From Eledone cirrhosa (Eukaryota): a DNA stretch of 64,000 nucleotides. Where the stretch lies: assembly GCA_964016885.1 (NCBI GenBank), contig OZ024744.1:28830001-28894000 (forward strand), written 5' to 3'. Both the position numbers and the translations under genes were made by a program. The notes under the pieces were generated by a model, which saw only the letters and a list, made by a program, of their open reading frames with translations, searched no databases and was not told the DNA's origin. Below are positions 37,411-49,220 of the stretch, one piece after another (position 1 is the stretch's first letter; every line of letters begins with the position of its first letter).

Positions 37411-38399
37411 ATTATTAAAAATATTTCTCGAATGATGAAAATAGTTTGTCGATTTACGTCAAACTTGTTTTATCCCCATTTCAGGGTTATGTCACTTACA
37501 GGGCCTTTTCCCATTATGCACCGTTCTGGCTATTTACAAAGGTACCCCCCCCCCTCCACACACACATATATATATATATATGTCTCTAACTTAAGTACTG
37601 TTACACACACACACACACACACACACACATGTCTCTAAGTACGTAAACACATGCACTGGCACACATACACATACAGATACACACGTTGGCAGTAGAACTG
37701 TGAAAGAGAGAGAAAGAAATAACGTTATGGATAGGGGGAGAGTTAAAATAAATAAAAGTTAAGGACGCTGTCTCTTTCCCTATCTGTCATCCCCCCTCTC
37801 TCTCATATCTTTATTCTCTCTCTCATCCCCTCACTCTCTCTCTTTCTCTCCCTCACCCTCACTCTCTCTTTCTCTCTCACCCCTCTCTCTTTTTCTCTTT
37901 CTCACCCCCTCTCTGTCTCTCTTACCTACAGAATGGACAACCAAAAAACAAACGGATTATTTCTTTCGATATTCATTATAAAATAAGATAAATTGAATTT
38001 AGATGAATTCCTTGCTATTTTTGGAAAATTGAAAATATTGTCCATGTGCGATTTACGCCAAACTTGTTTCATTCAGAGTATTTTCTCATTATCCAATGTT
38101 TTGGCTATTTACGAAGTTTTGCAGGGTTATGTTAATTTCGGGGTATTTTCCCAGTATGCACCGTTGTGGCTATTTACGAAGGTACCCCTAAAACCCGCGA
38201 ATCTCCGGAACCCGGGGTCCGATTTTCGCGAAACTTGTTTTATTCAATTTGTATTTCCATTTCAGAGTCAACTTGCTTTCAAAGTATTTACCCATTATGC
38301 GCCCTTTTGGCTGTATTACATAACCGACAAGCAAGCAAGCACGAAAGATCAGAGTTTTAGTAGTATATAGATATATATAGAGATAGATAGATAGATATA

Positions 38400-41300
38400 T
38401 TTCTTTATTAGCCACAGGGGCACAAAAGAAGGGGACAAATACAAAGGGGGAAGTTTACATACAATAAAAACGTGTAAAATGTTATCACAAATGGAATTTA
38501 AAAAGTTAGTCGATTTTCCCCAATAGAGGGAGACAGTTTATATGGGTAACACATACCCCCGAAAAAAAATGTGCAACCCTCATCTCCAGGAGTACGAAGA
38601 GCTTGTACTCCTTTCCTCTCCTCCTCCTTTTCCTCAACCTACAGGCTGATATAGAGAGAAGGCCCATTCACTCGGGCCATTCTCGCCACTTTCACCCACC
38701 TTTCATAAAACTTGCTGGGGTACAGCACCTCTCTCTCCATCCTGATTCTTCTTCCAAAGTGGTATTTGAAAAAAAGAATCAGTTGTTGGCCGGAGAGAAA
38801 GGTGTCTGACCTCAGCCCTTTCAACCTTGTCCACCATACAACCTCTTTCGCCATAGCTATCACACAAAGGAAAACCGCCTCTCCTTCGTTTTTGAAGGAG
38901 GGTGGCGGTTTGATCATGACAATGGACTCGGTGCTCAACTGGATTGGTCCCACCCGCGACAATAGTCGTTCTACATAGCCCCATAGGTCAGTGACGCCCG
39001 GGCAGTGTATGAATGCGTGCGCGGCGGTTTCTTCGTCTCGCACGCACCTCGGACAGATCTTTTTTGCAGGGTCCCTGCCCGGGCGCCCATGTCTGTAGAG
39101 CTTGTCTCGAACTGGTAGAGCTCCTCGGTAGCACTGCCAGGCCAGGGACTTTTGGAAGTTGTCCATCGGTCCCGGGCGGAAGGTCCTACCGAACAGACTG
39201 GCCAGTTCATCTTCCTCTACGCCTAGAGTTTCACCGAGCGCGTCGTCGCACTTGCTGCGGACCAGCCCTCTATAGAATGACGAAGTGGAGTCTCCACTGA
39301 TCGCCGGGTCCGCCTGCTAGAGGGCTGTGAGCGCCTGAGCACATTCGATGTGCCAGTCGCCCATTTTCCTCGGTCTTTGCTTGACCCAGGACTGCAGCTC
39401 GGTCAGCGAGACGAGTCGTGGGAAGGCTCGCCTCACGAACGGGGCCCACACCGGTTGTCCGGTGAGGAATACGTAGAGATGCCGCAGCCTGAGCGCGTGT
39501 TTGCGCATCGTCAACCACGGCATCCCCAGCCCTCCGTTAGAAGGGTGTTGGCAGCAGATGGATCTTCTCACCAAAGGAGCCCGCCTCTTCCAAAGGAATC
39601 GGAAGAGCGCGCGCTCCATTTTGGCGAGCGTTTTGGCTGGACAAGGCACGACGGTCAAGCGGTAGTAGATGGCGGACGCTATAAAAGTGTTCGCCACCTC
39701 CGCTCGACCTTTCAAGGATAGTTTGCACTCGGCCCACTTCTGGGTGAGTGCAAACACCTTGGCCGTCACTTCGTTCCAGTTCTTCTCCACCTGGAGGTCC
39801 GGACCAAACCAGATCCCGAGCAGCTTTACCGGTCCTTCCGTCCAGCGTCCGACGACGCCATCGGAAGGCATCGGTCTGCCTCTCCACGATCCGAGTTGCA
39901 AACCGATGGACTTGTCCCGGTTCAGCTTCGCTCCTGTGAGACTTTCGTATTCCTTTAGTAAGGTGCCGACTTCCTCGATTTGCGAGGCGCTCGACACCAT
40001 TACTGTCACGTCGTCGGCGTAGGCCGACGCCGCTTTCCGCAGTCCCGGTTCCAGAGGGATGCCCTGCAATAGCTCCAGCTTCCGCAGTAGTGGCTCGAGA
40101 GTCAGTACGTACAGAAGGGAGGAGAGAGGGCATCCCTGTCGAATGGATCGCGTAATATGGAACGGCTCCGAGAGGTAACCGTTCACCTTGACCCTTGAGC
40201 AGATGTTGCTGTTGTGCATTGCAGCAATCCAGCCCCTGAACACGGGTCCGAAGCCTGCCGCCTCGAGCACCGCATCCAGGTAACGATGGTCAACCCTATC
40301 GAAAGCCTTAGACTGATCCAAGTTGATCAGGGCCCCACCGAAGCCGGGTTTACACCCTACCCTCTCTATGATGTATCGCATGAGGTGGAGGTTGTCGTGT
40401 ATGGACCTGGTCGGGATCGCGCATGTCTGCGCTTCTCCCACCAGGTTCTCGACGACAAGCGCCAGCCTCTTTGCCAACACCTTGGCCAAAATCTGTAACT
40501 CTGTGTTTAGCAGAGTTATGGGCCGGAAGTTGCCTATGTCATCCCCCTTATTCTCGTCCTTCCTGATTAGTGTGACCACGCCCCCGGTTACAGAACTGGG
40601 AATTCTCCCGTTCTGTTGCCAGTTGCAGTAGACCGCTTCCAGGAGACCGGAGAATAAGTCCGGCATTGCTACGTAAAATTCGTAGGGTAGACCGTCGAGA
40701 CCTGGAGATTTGCGTTTGCCGCATTGGCTCAGCGCGTCCCCTATCTCAGTGGCTGAAATCGGCTTTTCGCAGAACTTCGCCTCACTGTCCGAGAGTCGCG
40801 GTAGGCCGTCGAGGTATGGACCGAAATCCATAGCCTCTCCCGGCGCGCCGCTCCCCCCGAACAGCCGAGCAAAGTGCCGCTGAAAAGCCGCACACATCTG
40901 CTTCGGCTCACGTATCACGCGTCCGTTTTGGTCCTTCAAAGACCGAATCGTGGACTTGTTGCCACTTTTTGCCTCCGTCACTCGGGCCCAGCTAACAGCT
41001 TTGGCTCCCTCGTTTCCCAGAGCACGTATTTTGCTTCTGACAACGCAGCCCTCGTGCTTTGCGTCGAAGAACTGGTCCAAGGCCGTTCTCGTTGCTAGCA
41101 CGCTGGCTACGTTGCCACTTCTAATTGCCTCTTCTACTTTATCTACCAGTTCCTTCTCGGTTCTATTTCTATCTAACGCTAATTCTTTACTAAAAACTAT
41201 CGAGTCTAATCTAACTGCCCTCTTGAGAGAGTACCACCATCTGTTGTTGACAATGGCCCCTGTCAAGTGCTGTTTAACTAAAGTGCTAATCCGTCTACTG

Positions 41301-42490
41301 TAGGCTTTGCTTGTCGGTAACGACAAGTTCAGCTTCCAGTAGCCGGGTCCTTGTCTATGGGTTCTATCAAGGTTGGCCATGCAGGTCACTAGTTTGTGAT
41401 CTGAATAGGCAACCATGAACATTTGTGGACAGCTTAACATGTCCCTATCCTTATTTCTAACTAGAACCCTATCTAGGTACGATCTAGATGTTCCGCTACG
41501 ATTACTCCACGTCCACATTGGCGCAGTCGGAAAATCTAGTCGATATCTATCGGCCAGGTCAAATCGGTCGATTAACTGTTTGAGGCTGTTACACCCCCCT
41601 TTGTCGGGACATGCTCCCACATAGTCCCAACGTGCATCTAGGATTCCATTCCAGTCCCCCACTAAAAGCAAGGAGCGGGACGTTCCCAGAAAAGTCTCTA
41701 GACGTTTGAAGAAGTCTGGCCGCGGTGTCCCGGATGGGGCATATGCGGCCACCAGCCTGAAGGCTCCACCTTCACTACCGTCAACGTCTAGGACCACCAG
41801 TCGACCCTCCGGGTCCAGATGTACCGTCTGTGTTACGAGGCCCAGGTGTTTCCGCAGCAAAACGGCAACTCCGCCCCCACCCCCCGGTTGACAGAGAGAT
41901 GCGTAGATTTCAAAGTCATCGAAGATGGGGGCCAGCTGTCGCTCGCCGTGGATCCTGGACTCGCAAATGGCTACCACATCCAAACTGTGTGACCTGAGGT
42001 CGTTTAAGAGTTTGCCCTGTTTCCAGGGCATCCCCAGGCCGCGTACGTTCACACATCCAACTCTTATATTGGCCATGTTGGTGCTGAAAAGTTAAAAGAG
42101 GAAAAGAGATCACTCACCCTTCGCCTCCTGGGGACCAGGCCGCACGATTTCCATGGGGGTGTTGGAGGGGTTGTCTGGATGGGTGGTGGTTTCCGGCGGG
42201 GTGGGGACGCAGATGTTTGGTGGGGTGGGGTCTGGTGGAATGGGGGTGTCTGGGGTGGGGAGGTATTTGAGAAGGACGCGGTTGAGTGGTTTCACGCAGG
42301 AATTCCCCACATCCTTCTCAAATGTTTCTTTTAGGGACCTATAAGTTTGTATAGGGACCCTAATCAGTTTTAGGTTCATTTTTTTGCTATTTTTTATAGA
42401 GTGGGCGAAAGTTTTCCCTTCGGTGAAAACCGAAGGGTCGTTCGTAATGGTCTCCATTAGTGTTTTGTTTTCAGTGTTTATGTAAGTGTA
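38400..42490 (-). mobile_element. Tx1-like LINE copy F (distinct subfamily; ORF1 C-terminus, nearly intact ORF2, 3' UTR) inserted in a (GATA)n tract
   Basis: 3' end TGTGGCTAATAAAGAAAT. (GATA)n at 38380-38398 and 42491-42528. C-terminal CPRCVRDEETAAHAFIHC in ORF 38639..39166. Confidence 0.92.
39317..42076 (-). CDS. ORF2p APE endonuclease plus reverse transcriptase (919 aa open, then a frameshift before the C-terminal CCHC domain)
   Basis: NVRGL, ICESR, GDWNGILD, YSDHKL, KSPGLDGLP, NFRPITLLN, LDQSKAFDRV, IRQGCPLS, AYADDV, KLLGIWF and GGLGMP. Confidence 0.92.
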   Translation of the reverse strand: MANIRVGCVNVRGLGMPWKQGKLLNDLRSHSLDVVAICESRIHGERQLAPIFDDFEIYASLCQPGGGGGVAVLLRKHLGLVTQTVHLDPEGRLVVLDVDGSEGGAFRLVAAYAPSGTPRPDFFKRLETFLGTSRSLLLVGDWNGILDARWDYVGACPDKGGCNSLKQLIDRFDLADRYRLDFPTAPMWTWSNRSGTSRSYLDRVLVRNKDRDMLSCPQMFMVAYSDHKLVTCMANLDRTHRQGPGYWKLNLSLPTSKAYSRRISTLVKQHLTGAIVNNRWWYSLKRAVRLDSIVFSKELALDRNRTEKELVDKVEEAIRSGNVASVLATRTALDQFFDAKHEGCVVRSKIRALGNEGAKAVSWARVTEAKSGNKSTIRSLKDQNGRVIREPKQMCAAFQRHFARLFGGSGAPGEAMDFGPYLDGLPRLSDSEAKFCEKPISATEIGDALSQCGKRKSPGLDGLPYEFYVAMPDLFSGLLEAVYCNWQQNGRIPSSVTGGVVTLIRKDENKGDDIGNFRPITLLNTELQILAKVLAKRLALVVENLVGEAQTCAIPTRSIHDNLHLMRYIIERVGCKPGFGGALINLDQSKAFDRVDHRYLDAVLEAAGFGPVFRGWIAAMHNSNICSRVKVNGYLSEPFHITRSIRQGCPLSSLLYVLTLEPLLRKLELLQGIPLEPGLRKAASAYADDVTVMVSSASQIEEVGTLLKEYESLTGAKLNRDKSIGLQLGSWRGRPMPSDGVVGRWTEGPVKLLGIWFGPDLQVEKNWNEVTAKVFALTQKWAECKLSLKGRAEVANTFIASAIYYRLTVVPCPAKTLAKMERALFRFLWKRRAPLVRRSICCQHPSNGGLGMPWLTMRKHALRLRHLYVFLTGQPVWAPFVRRAFPRLVSLTELQSWVKQRPRKMGDWHIECAQALTAL

Positions 42491-42528
<38 letters not shown>

Positions 42529-42530
<2 letters not shown>

Positions 42531-42629
42531 ACATAAAAATTGCACAATAATGTCCAAATTTTTCTGTGGACCACCAAAGATTTCTCCCGGACCACCAGTG
42601 ATCCATTGACCACCAGTTGGCCACCGCTG
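42529..42629. mobile_element. Right part of a hAT (Charlie-like) MITE
   Basis: Ends AGTTGGCCACCGCTG, an approximate inverted copy of CAGTGGTCGCCAACC at 31299. Three GACCACCA subterminal repeats. Confidence 0.55.
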
Positions 42630-43044
42630 CTTTAGAGCTTGTTCTGACTGAACATGGTGGATATTTTTATTATATAATGTCATTTCAATAAACCTTCATT
42701 CACGTATTCTATTTTACATTAAATTTACCAAGCTTTTTGTTTGTTTGTGGGTTTGTCAAATTATGTTGTATTTTGTATTGTTCATATTTTAGATGTTTTT
42801 TACTTAATTCAATATCTTGATAATGTTGAATCTGACTCAAGTGAAAGTTGTGAAGATGTCAAAGAAGATGAATATGAGCCCAACATAACTTCATTAATTA
42901 CTTGGAAGTTATTTAGGGAAGTAGAAAGAGGATTAGTCCTCGTTGCCCAGGTCCACGTTTACTCCTTGGACGGGATAGTTTCGATGGATGTCGCTGCTGA
43001 AGAATTGTTTGGTATGTGAAAAGTTATAATTACGTTGTTTATAA

Positions 43045-43320
43045 TCTACTAATATAAAAGTCGAGTGTATTTGTCTGGAACGCTCTAGAGATGACCGAAA
43101 AAGGAAGGGGTAATTACGTCGACGGAGGGAGGAGGGTGTGAGAATCTATGGAAGTCAAGCATTCTAGGATTCGTCACAGTTGTGTGTTTGTATGTTCATA
43201 TCACTTGTGTGAGTGGGCTCAAAGGAACCAACCAACCAACAAACAAACAAACAAACACCTCTTTTTTATATTATATATAAATATTACAATTAGTCGTCGT
43301 TTTTGACGGCACCGGGCCAG
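43045..43320 (+). mobile_element. Non-autonomous Helitron (276 bp)
   Basis: 5' TCTACTAATATAAAAG. 3' hairpin GTCGTC-GTTTTT-GACGGC followed by CCAG (a CTRR variant). A|T target. Confidence 0.7.
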
Positions 43321-45529
43321 TTGTTAAATAACATACTAAACAATTATATTTGTTCACTAATCACATCATCGATGACTTATATATACATATAATAGTAGTT
43401 TACTATAATTTTTGTTTGTTTTCAGATATGTAAAACGATAAGAGATTGAACAAAATGGATACGATAAGAAATTGTATAAAAACCTCTGTCTACTATTAGT
43501 GAACATAGAGTCAACTGCAATTCGATCTTGACAAATTTTGGCTTAACTTTTTTTTAAATGAAATTAGATTAATAATTTTAATATGATGACAATTTATGCA
43601 AAATTTAGCTCATTACTTTTTACTATTAATTTCAATTAATTTTAATGTCAATTTTTAAAGTAATACAGTATAATTAACCCACTAAAGGGACAAAAAAGTG
43701 ACAACTTAAATGAACTGACAATTTATGTACAAAAATTGATGACATTAATTGCATTTGGTTGGCAAAATGGTGATTGCTGACTTAGGTAAACTGATGACTT
43801 AATATCTAATAAATCCCCTAATTCATTATTATTTCTTATTATCTCTTGGCATTGCTAATTTTACTGTACATTAAATTCATCAAATTCAAATTCCAGCTTC
43901 AATATTTTAAGAGTTAATTCTACTTGTCCTGTACTTTTCCAGGTTTATTATTATTTAAGAATATTAATACACATGCGCCCGCATTTTTCGGTCTAGTTAG
44001 TGAACATAGAGTAAATATAAAATATTTTAGGAGAAAAAAACATTTGTCAGTCATTTCAAACGTGAAGAGAATCTACCGCTGTAAATTATTTCGAATATTA
44101 ACTGATTTCATATCTAACACAGTTAATTTTAAATAAATAAATGTTCATCAGAGAGTAATCATTTCTCTCTCTCCCACTGCCCCACTCTCTCTACCTCTCT
44201 CTATCCACCCTTAACGACCCCTCCTACCATTGTTTTCATCTGTTTCCATCTGTTTCTTTTTATTTGTTTTTATTTTTATTTTTTACTACCGTCTCCCCTT
44301 TGGACACCCCTTTCCCACTCTCCCCCCATCCCTACTATGCCTAACCTGTAATCCTTCCTCCACCAACTCCACACCCGCCTCAAACACTTCCTCACCTCTC
44401 TCCTCCCGCTACCTCCAGCCCTCCCTCCTCTTCGCTAAGACCCGGCATTCCAGCCACATCCAATTCCTCTGCCGCTGCCTCATTCACCACCTCATCCTCC
44501 ACACCTCCCCCCTCTAGTTACTCTCAACCCAACACATCCTCACCCCTCCCCTCTAGTTACTCTCAACCCAACTCATCCTCATCCGCTCCTCCCGCCTCTT
44601 CATGCGCGCCTCACTCCGCTCCTCCTTCTCTACCATCAGCAACCTACCCCAAACCCTTCTTCACCTCAACTCTACCTGTCACCCCTCCTCACCCGCTCCC
44701 TTTCTTTTCATCCATAACCTCAACCATGATTTCTTCTTCCTCACCTCCACTAAGCTCCACAAACTCAATTCACTCCTTCCTCCAACCACCAACCACCCAC
44801 CTGTGAGAGCCCTCTATCCCCCACCTAACTCCTCATGCCCATCCTACCCCCGCGGCCCATACCATCCCCTTTCCCGCCACTAACACACTAACCTCTTCCC
44901 CCAAATCGTCAACCACCAACTCAACCTTCCTCTCTCCCTTCATCACTAACCTCTACTCACACACACCCACACCTGGCCACCCAACTAACACAACTAACAC
45001 CTACCCACACCCATCCCCACACACCACCAACCCCTCCATCACTACTAATAACGCCACACCCACCAACATCCACACCCATATACCAATAACCGACTAACCC
45101 TCACCCCACCCACACCCATACCCACCTACCGGTAACCGACAAATCTCCCCATCCACCCCTTTACCCCACCCCGCCACGCTCTAATCCACTGACTCACCAC
45201 CAGACACCTCCACCCATGTCTCCTACCCCGCTCTTGGTTTAGTCCTTTCCCTTCGTACGCCACAAAAACACATGCACTTTTACACCTTTTACACCCTGAA
45301 ACACACACACACACACATACATACCAGTATATAGGCTCACATACGCGTATGTACCCATCAAAAGAGTGATTGACAGAGCCTTCCCTCACACACACCGACA
45401 ATATCCCTCGCATGACCACTACGCTTTCTACATACACACATACACATAACTCCATAGATACATACATACATACACACTACTCTCAGTCACCTTTGCCCAC
45501 ACATACCTGCCTGTCTACACAGCTAACTA

Positions 45530-47105
45530 CCTCTCACCCACACATAGTAGCCACAATCACTCTCACCCACCATGTTCTGTTTTATGTTGTACCACCTTCT
45601 CCCCTCTCACCCACACGTAGTAGCCACAATCACTCTCTCCCACCATGTTCTGTTTTATGTTGTACCACATTCTCCCCTCTCACCCACACATAGTAGCCAC
45701 AATCACTCTCGCCCACCATGTTCTGTTTTATGTTGTACCACCTTCTCCCCTCTCACCCACACGTAGTAGCCACAATCACTCTCTCCCACCATGTTCTGTT
45801 TTATGTTGTACCACCTTCTCCCCTCTCACACCCACGTAGTATCCACAATCACTCTCTCCCACCATGTTCTGTTTTATGTTGTACCACCTTCTCCCCTCTC
45901 ATCCACACGTAGTAGCCACAATCACTCTCTCCCACCATGTTCTGTTTTATGTTGTACCACCTTCTCCCCTCTCACCCACACATAGTAGCCACAATCACTC
46001 TCACCCACCATGTTCTGTTTTATGTTGTACCACCTTCTCCCCTCTCACCCACACATAGTAGCCACAATCACTCTCACCCACCATGTTCTGTTTTATGTTG
46101 TACCACCTTCTCCCCTCTCACACCCACGTAGTATCCACAATCACTCTCTCCCACCATGTTCTGTTTTATGTTGTACCACCTTCTCCCCTCTCACCCACAC
46201 ATAGTAGCCACAATCACTCTCTCCCACCATGTTCTGTTTTATGTTGTACCACCTTCTCCCCTCTCACCCACACATAGTAGCTACAATCACTCTCTCCCAC
46301 CATGTTCTGTTTTATGTTGTACCACCTTCTCCCCTCTCACCCACACATAGTAGCCACAATCACTCTCACCCACCATGTTCTGTTTTATGTTGTACCACCT
46401 TCTCCCCTCTCACACCCACGTAGTATCCACAATCACTCTCTCCCACCATGTTCTGTTTTATGTTGTACCACCTTCTCCCCTCTCATCCACACGTAGTAGC
46501 CACAATCACTCTCACCCACCATGTTCTGTTTTATGTTGTACCACCTTCTCCCCTCTCACACCCACGTAGTATCCACAATCACTCTCACCCACCATGTTCT
46601 GTTTTATGTTGTACCACCTTCTCCCCTCTCACCCACACATAGTAGCTACAATCACTCTCTCCCACCATGTTCTGTTTTATGTTGTACCACCTTCTCCCCT
46701 CTCACCCACACATAGTAGCCACAATCACTCTCACCCACCATGTTCTGTTTTATGTTGTACCACCTTCTCCCCTCTCACCCACACATAGTAGCCACAATCA
46801 CGCTCACCCACCATGTTCTGTTTTATGTTGTACCACCTTCTCCCCTCTCACACCCACGTAGTATCCACAATCACTCTCTCCCACCATGTTCTGTTTTATG
46901 TTGTACCACCTTCTCCCCTCTCACCCACACATAGTAGCCACAATCACTCTCACCCACCATGTTCTGTTTTATGTTGTACCACCTTCTCCCCTCTCACCCA
47001 CACATAGTAGCCACAATCACGCTCACCCACCATGTTCTGTTTTGTTTTGTACCACCTTCTCGCCTCTCACACCCACGTAGTATCCGCAATCACTCTCTCC
47101 CACCC
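45530..47105. repeat. 73-bp minisatellite, about 21.5 copies
   Basis: Unit CCTCTCACCCACACATAGTAGCCACAATCACTCTCACCCACCATGTTCTGTTTTATGTTGTACCACCTTCTCC. ORF starts recur every 73 bp from 45572 to 47032. Confidence 0.97.
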
Positions 47106-47692
47106 TTCCACCCCCTCACACATTTGTCCTGCCATCACCACCCTCTCCTCCCACACTTTCAACTTGACCGCTACTTCCGAATGCGCGCGCCACATGGCCA
47201 TTGCAGTTCCTCATTGTCATTTTGCTCTCGCTCTGGCTTGGTCTTTAACTCACGATGCGATCGACCTCTTCTACACACACCTTGCTTTCCGTCATCCCTA
47301 CCCGGACTCTGATTTTCTTGTTACCCCCACCCTTTCTCTCCCGCTCTGCCCCATCCACCCACCACTATACACACTATCACATCCTTGCCATCCCGGACCT
47401 ATGTACCCCTCCCATCTCCTTTATTTTCACTTTTGAAATTCTACTTTTTTATTTATTTTTATTTTTCACTTCTTTTCGTATTCTTACCCCCACTTTCTTT
47501 CTCTACCTTTCTCCATTTCACTTTCACTCATCCTCTCTCTGCCCGCCACCTCATTGTTTCCCTCGTCTGACCGCCTAGTAGTCTTTTTCTCACTTACAAC
47601 TCGCTGGGGTCAGACGTGTGTCTTTTCTCTCGTCCATACTCTCTTGTACTTAAGTTCTCTCATCACTGTTGTCTTGGATGTTATTACCTTAA

Positions 47693-48392
47693 CCCTTTAG
47701 TATTTACATTACTCTATATATATACTATTATATTTTCATGGTAAATGCTTTATCTCACATATCTCACATAACATTCACATTACTCTATATATATACTATT
47801 GTATTTTCACAGTAAAGGTTCTACCTCACATAATATCTCACATAACATTCACATTGCTCTATATATACTATTGTATTTTCGCAGTAAAGGATTTACGTCA
47901 CATAATATCTCACATAACATTTACATTACTCTATATATACTATTGTATTTTCACAGTAAAGGCTTTACCTCACATAATATCTCACATAACATTCACATTG
48001 CTCTATATATACTATTGTATTTTCACAGTAAAGGCTTTACGTCACATAATATCTCACATAACATTTACATTACTCTATATATACTATTGTATTTTCACAG
48101 TAAAGGCTTTACCTCACATAATATCTCACATAACTTTCACATTACTCTATATATACTATTGTATTTTCACAGTAAAGGCTTTACCTCACATAATATCTCA
48201 CATAACTTTCACATTACTCTATATTTACTATTATATTTTATGGTAAAGGCTTTACCTCACATAATATCTCACATAATATCGAATCTATGAGATTTTGAAA
48301 GTATTTATTTTGAGAACTATACCTTAACATTAGTTACAGCCAGTTTCAACAGAAAGAGGTAGAGAATTCTAGCCGGTTTGAACATTAAAGGG
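47693..48392. mobile_element. piggyBac-type MITE (700 bp) with about 8 internal 72-bp tandem repeats
   Basis: TTAA|CCCTTTA...TAAAGGG|TTAA, with TTAA target duplication at 47689-47692 and 48393-48396. Repeat region 47703-48277. Confidence 0.85.
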
Positions 48393-48657
48393 TTAAGTTG
48401 CTCGCACATTGATCGGTTTGTTGTTTTTTTTGCTGTTGTTTTCGGTATTTTCCCTTTTGTTTTCCTTCCCTCCCTCCTCCGTTTTCCCAATAACTTACCC
48501 AGTTATTGACGCTCTAGGCGGTAGATATCTTGTCTTTAAATATCCGAGACATCCAGTAGACAACTGATGAGGGAACCCCCCCCTCCCCGTTCTTGCTTTC
48601 TTCTTATTCTCACTCCATTTTAAGCTAGCTTAAATAGCAAGTACACAGCCCATCCTA

Positions 48658-48716
<59 letters not shown>

Positions 48717-48975
48717 CTTTCTTTACTCCTGTCTTTATTTATCCCTTCCTTTTTTCTCCATGCATTTCTCTCTCTCCGATATTTCTCCACGTTTTTACTT
48801 TTTCTTTTTTCTCTCTTTCCGTATTTTTTCTTTCTCTCCGTCTTTTTCTAATTGTCCTTAACACTAAGACTTATTAAAATAATATAAACAATTCACTATC
48901 CAGATGGCTTCCAAAAATAATGGTCGCACTTTAAAAGGGTACGTCAAAGCTTATTTGTAAAACTGTTATATATTG

Positions 48976-49040
48976 TATTTTGTCTGATGAAGGCATACCA
49001 TAATTTAATTTGGTATCCCTGAAATATGTATAATGAAATA
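48976..49040 (+). ncRNA. Hammerhead ribozyme (family 5) in the 5' pLTR
   Basis: TATTTTGT-CTGATGA-AGG c ATACCA..TGGTAT c CCT-GAAA-TATGTA-TA-ATGAAATA: 8-bp stem I with 2 G.U pairs, quasi-palindromic stem III, AUA cleavage after 49032. Confidence 0.82.
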
Positions 49041-49220
49041 AATATGGTTTTATAAATATAGTTTCCATTTATTAATATCGTATATCTACTCCAAATACTT
49101 GTTGAGTGCTTTATATCAGTTATAAAAATATTTACTTGTTGTATCCCAACAATTTTAAATAGAACTTTTGCATATATTCTGCTCCTGTATTGTTGAGCGC
49201 TTTACATTATAACTGAAAAA

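Larger units (their letters stand above)
31626..38371 (-). mobile_element. Full-length (about 6.7 kb) decayed autonomous Helitron
   Basis: 5' TCTATATACTACTAAAA at 38371. 3' hairpin TGACCC-AAC-GGGTCA, then 8 nt, then CTAG ending at 31626. Inserted between A and T. RepHel ORF fragments inside. Confidence 0.9.
44165..48580 (+). mobile_element. Highly degenerate C-rich Neptune-like PLE derivative hosting a minisatellite and a piggyBac MITE
   Basis: N-terminal-like RHSSHIQFLCRCLIHHLI and NLNHDFF..KLHKLNSL; GIY-YIG C-terminal-like LSSHTFN..HMAI..HLAFRHP..SDF (47140-47320); truncated HHR core at 48564. Confidence 0.45.

Noticed and set aside
45530-47105. CRISPR-like array, or a cluster of 64-aa peptide genes
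   Set aside because: There are no unique spacers and the whole 73-bp unit repeats. The ORFs are a by-product of the period, and the context is eukaryotic.
47799-48290. His-rich 24-aa repeat protein
   Set aside because: It is the translation of the 72-bp repeat inside a TTAA-flanked MITE.
48525-48580. Complete HHR (ATC-TTGTCT...AGACAA-CTGATGA-GGG AA CCC)
   Set aside because: No GAAA or stem III follows. At best it is a truncated remnant.
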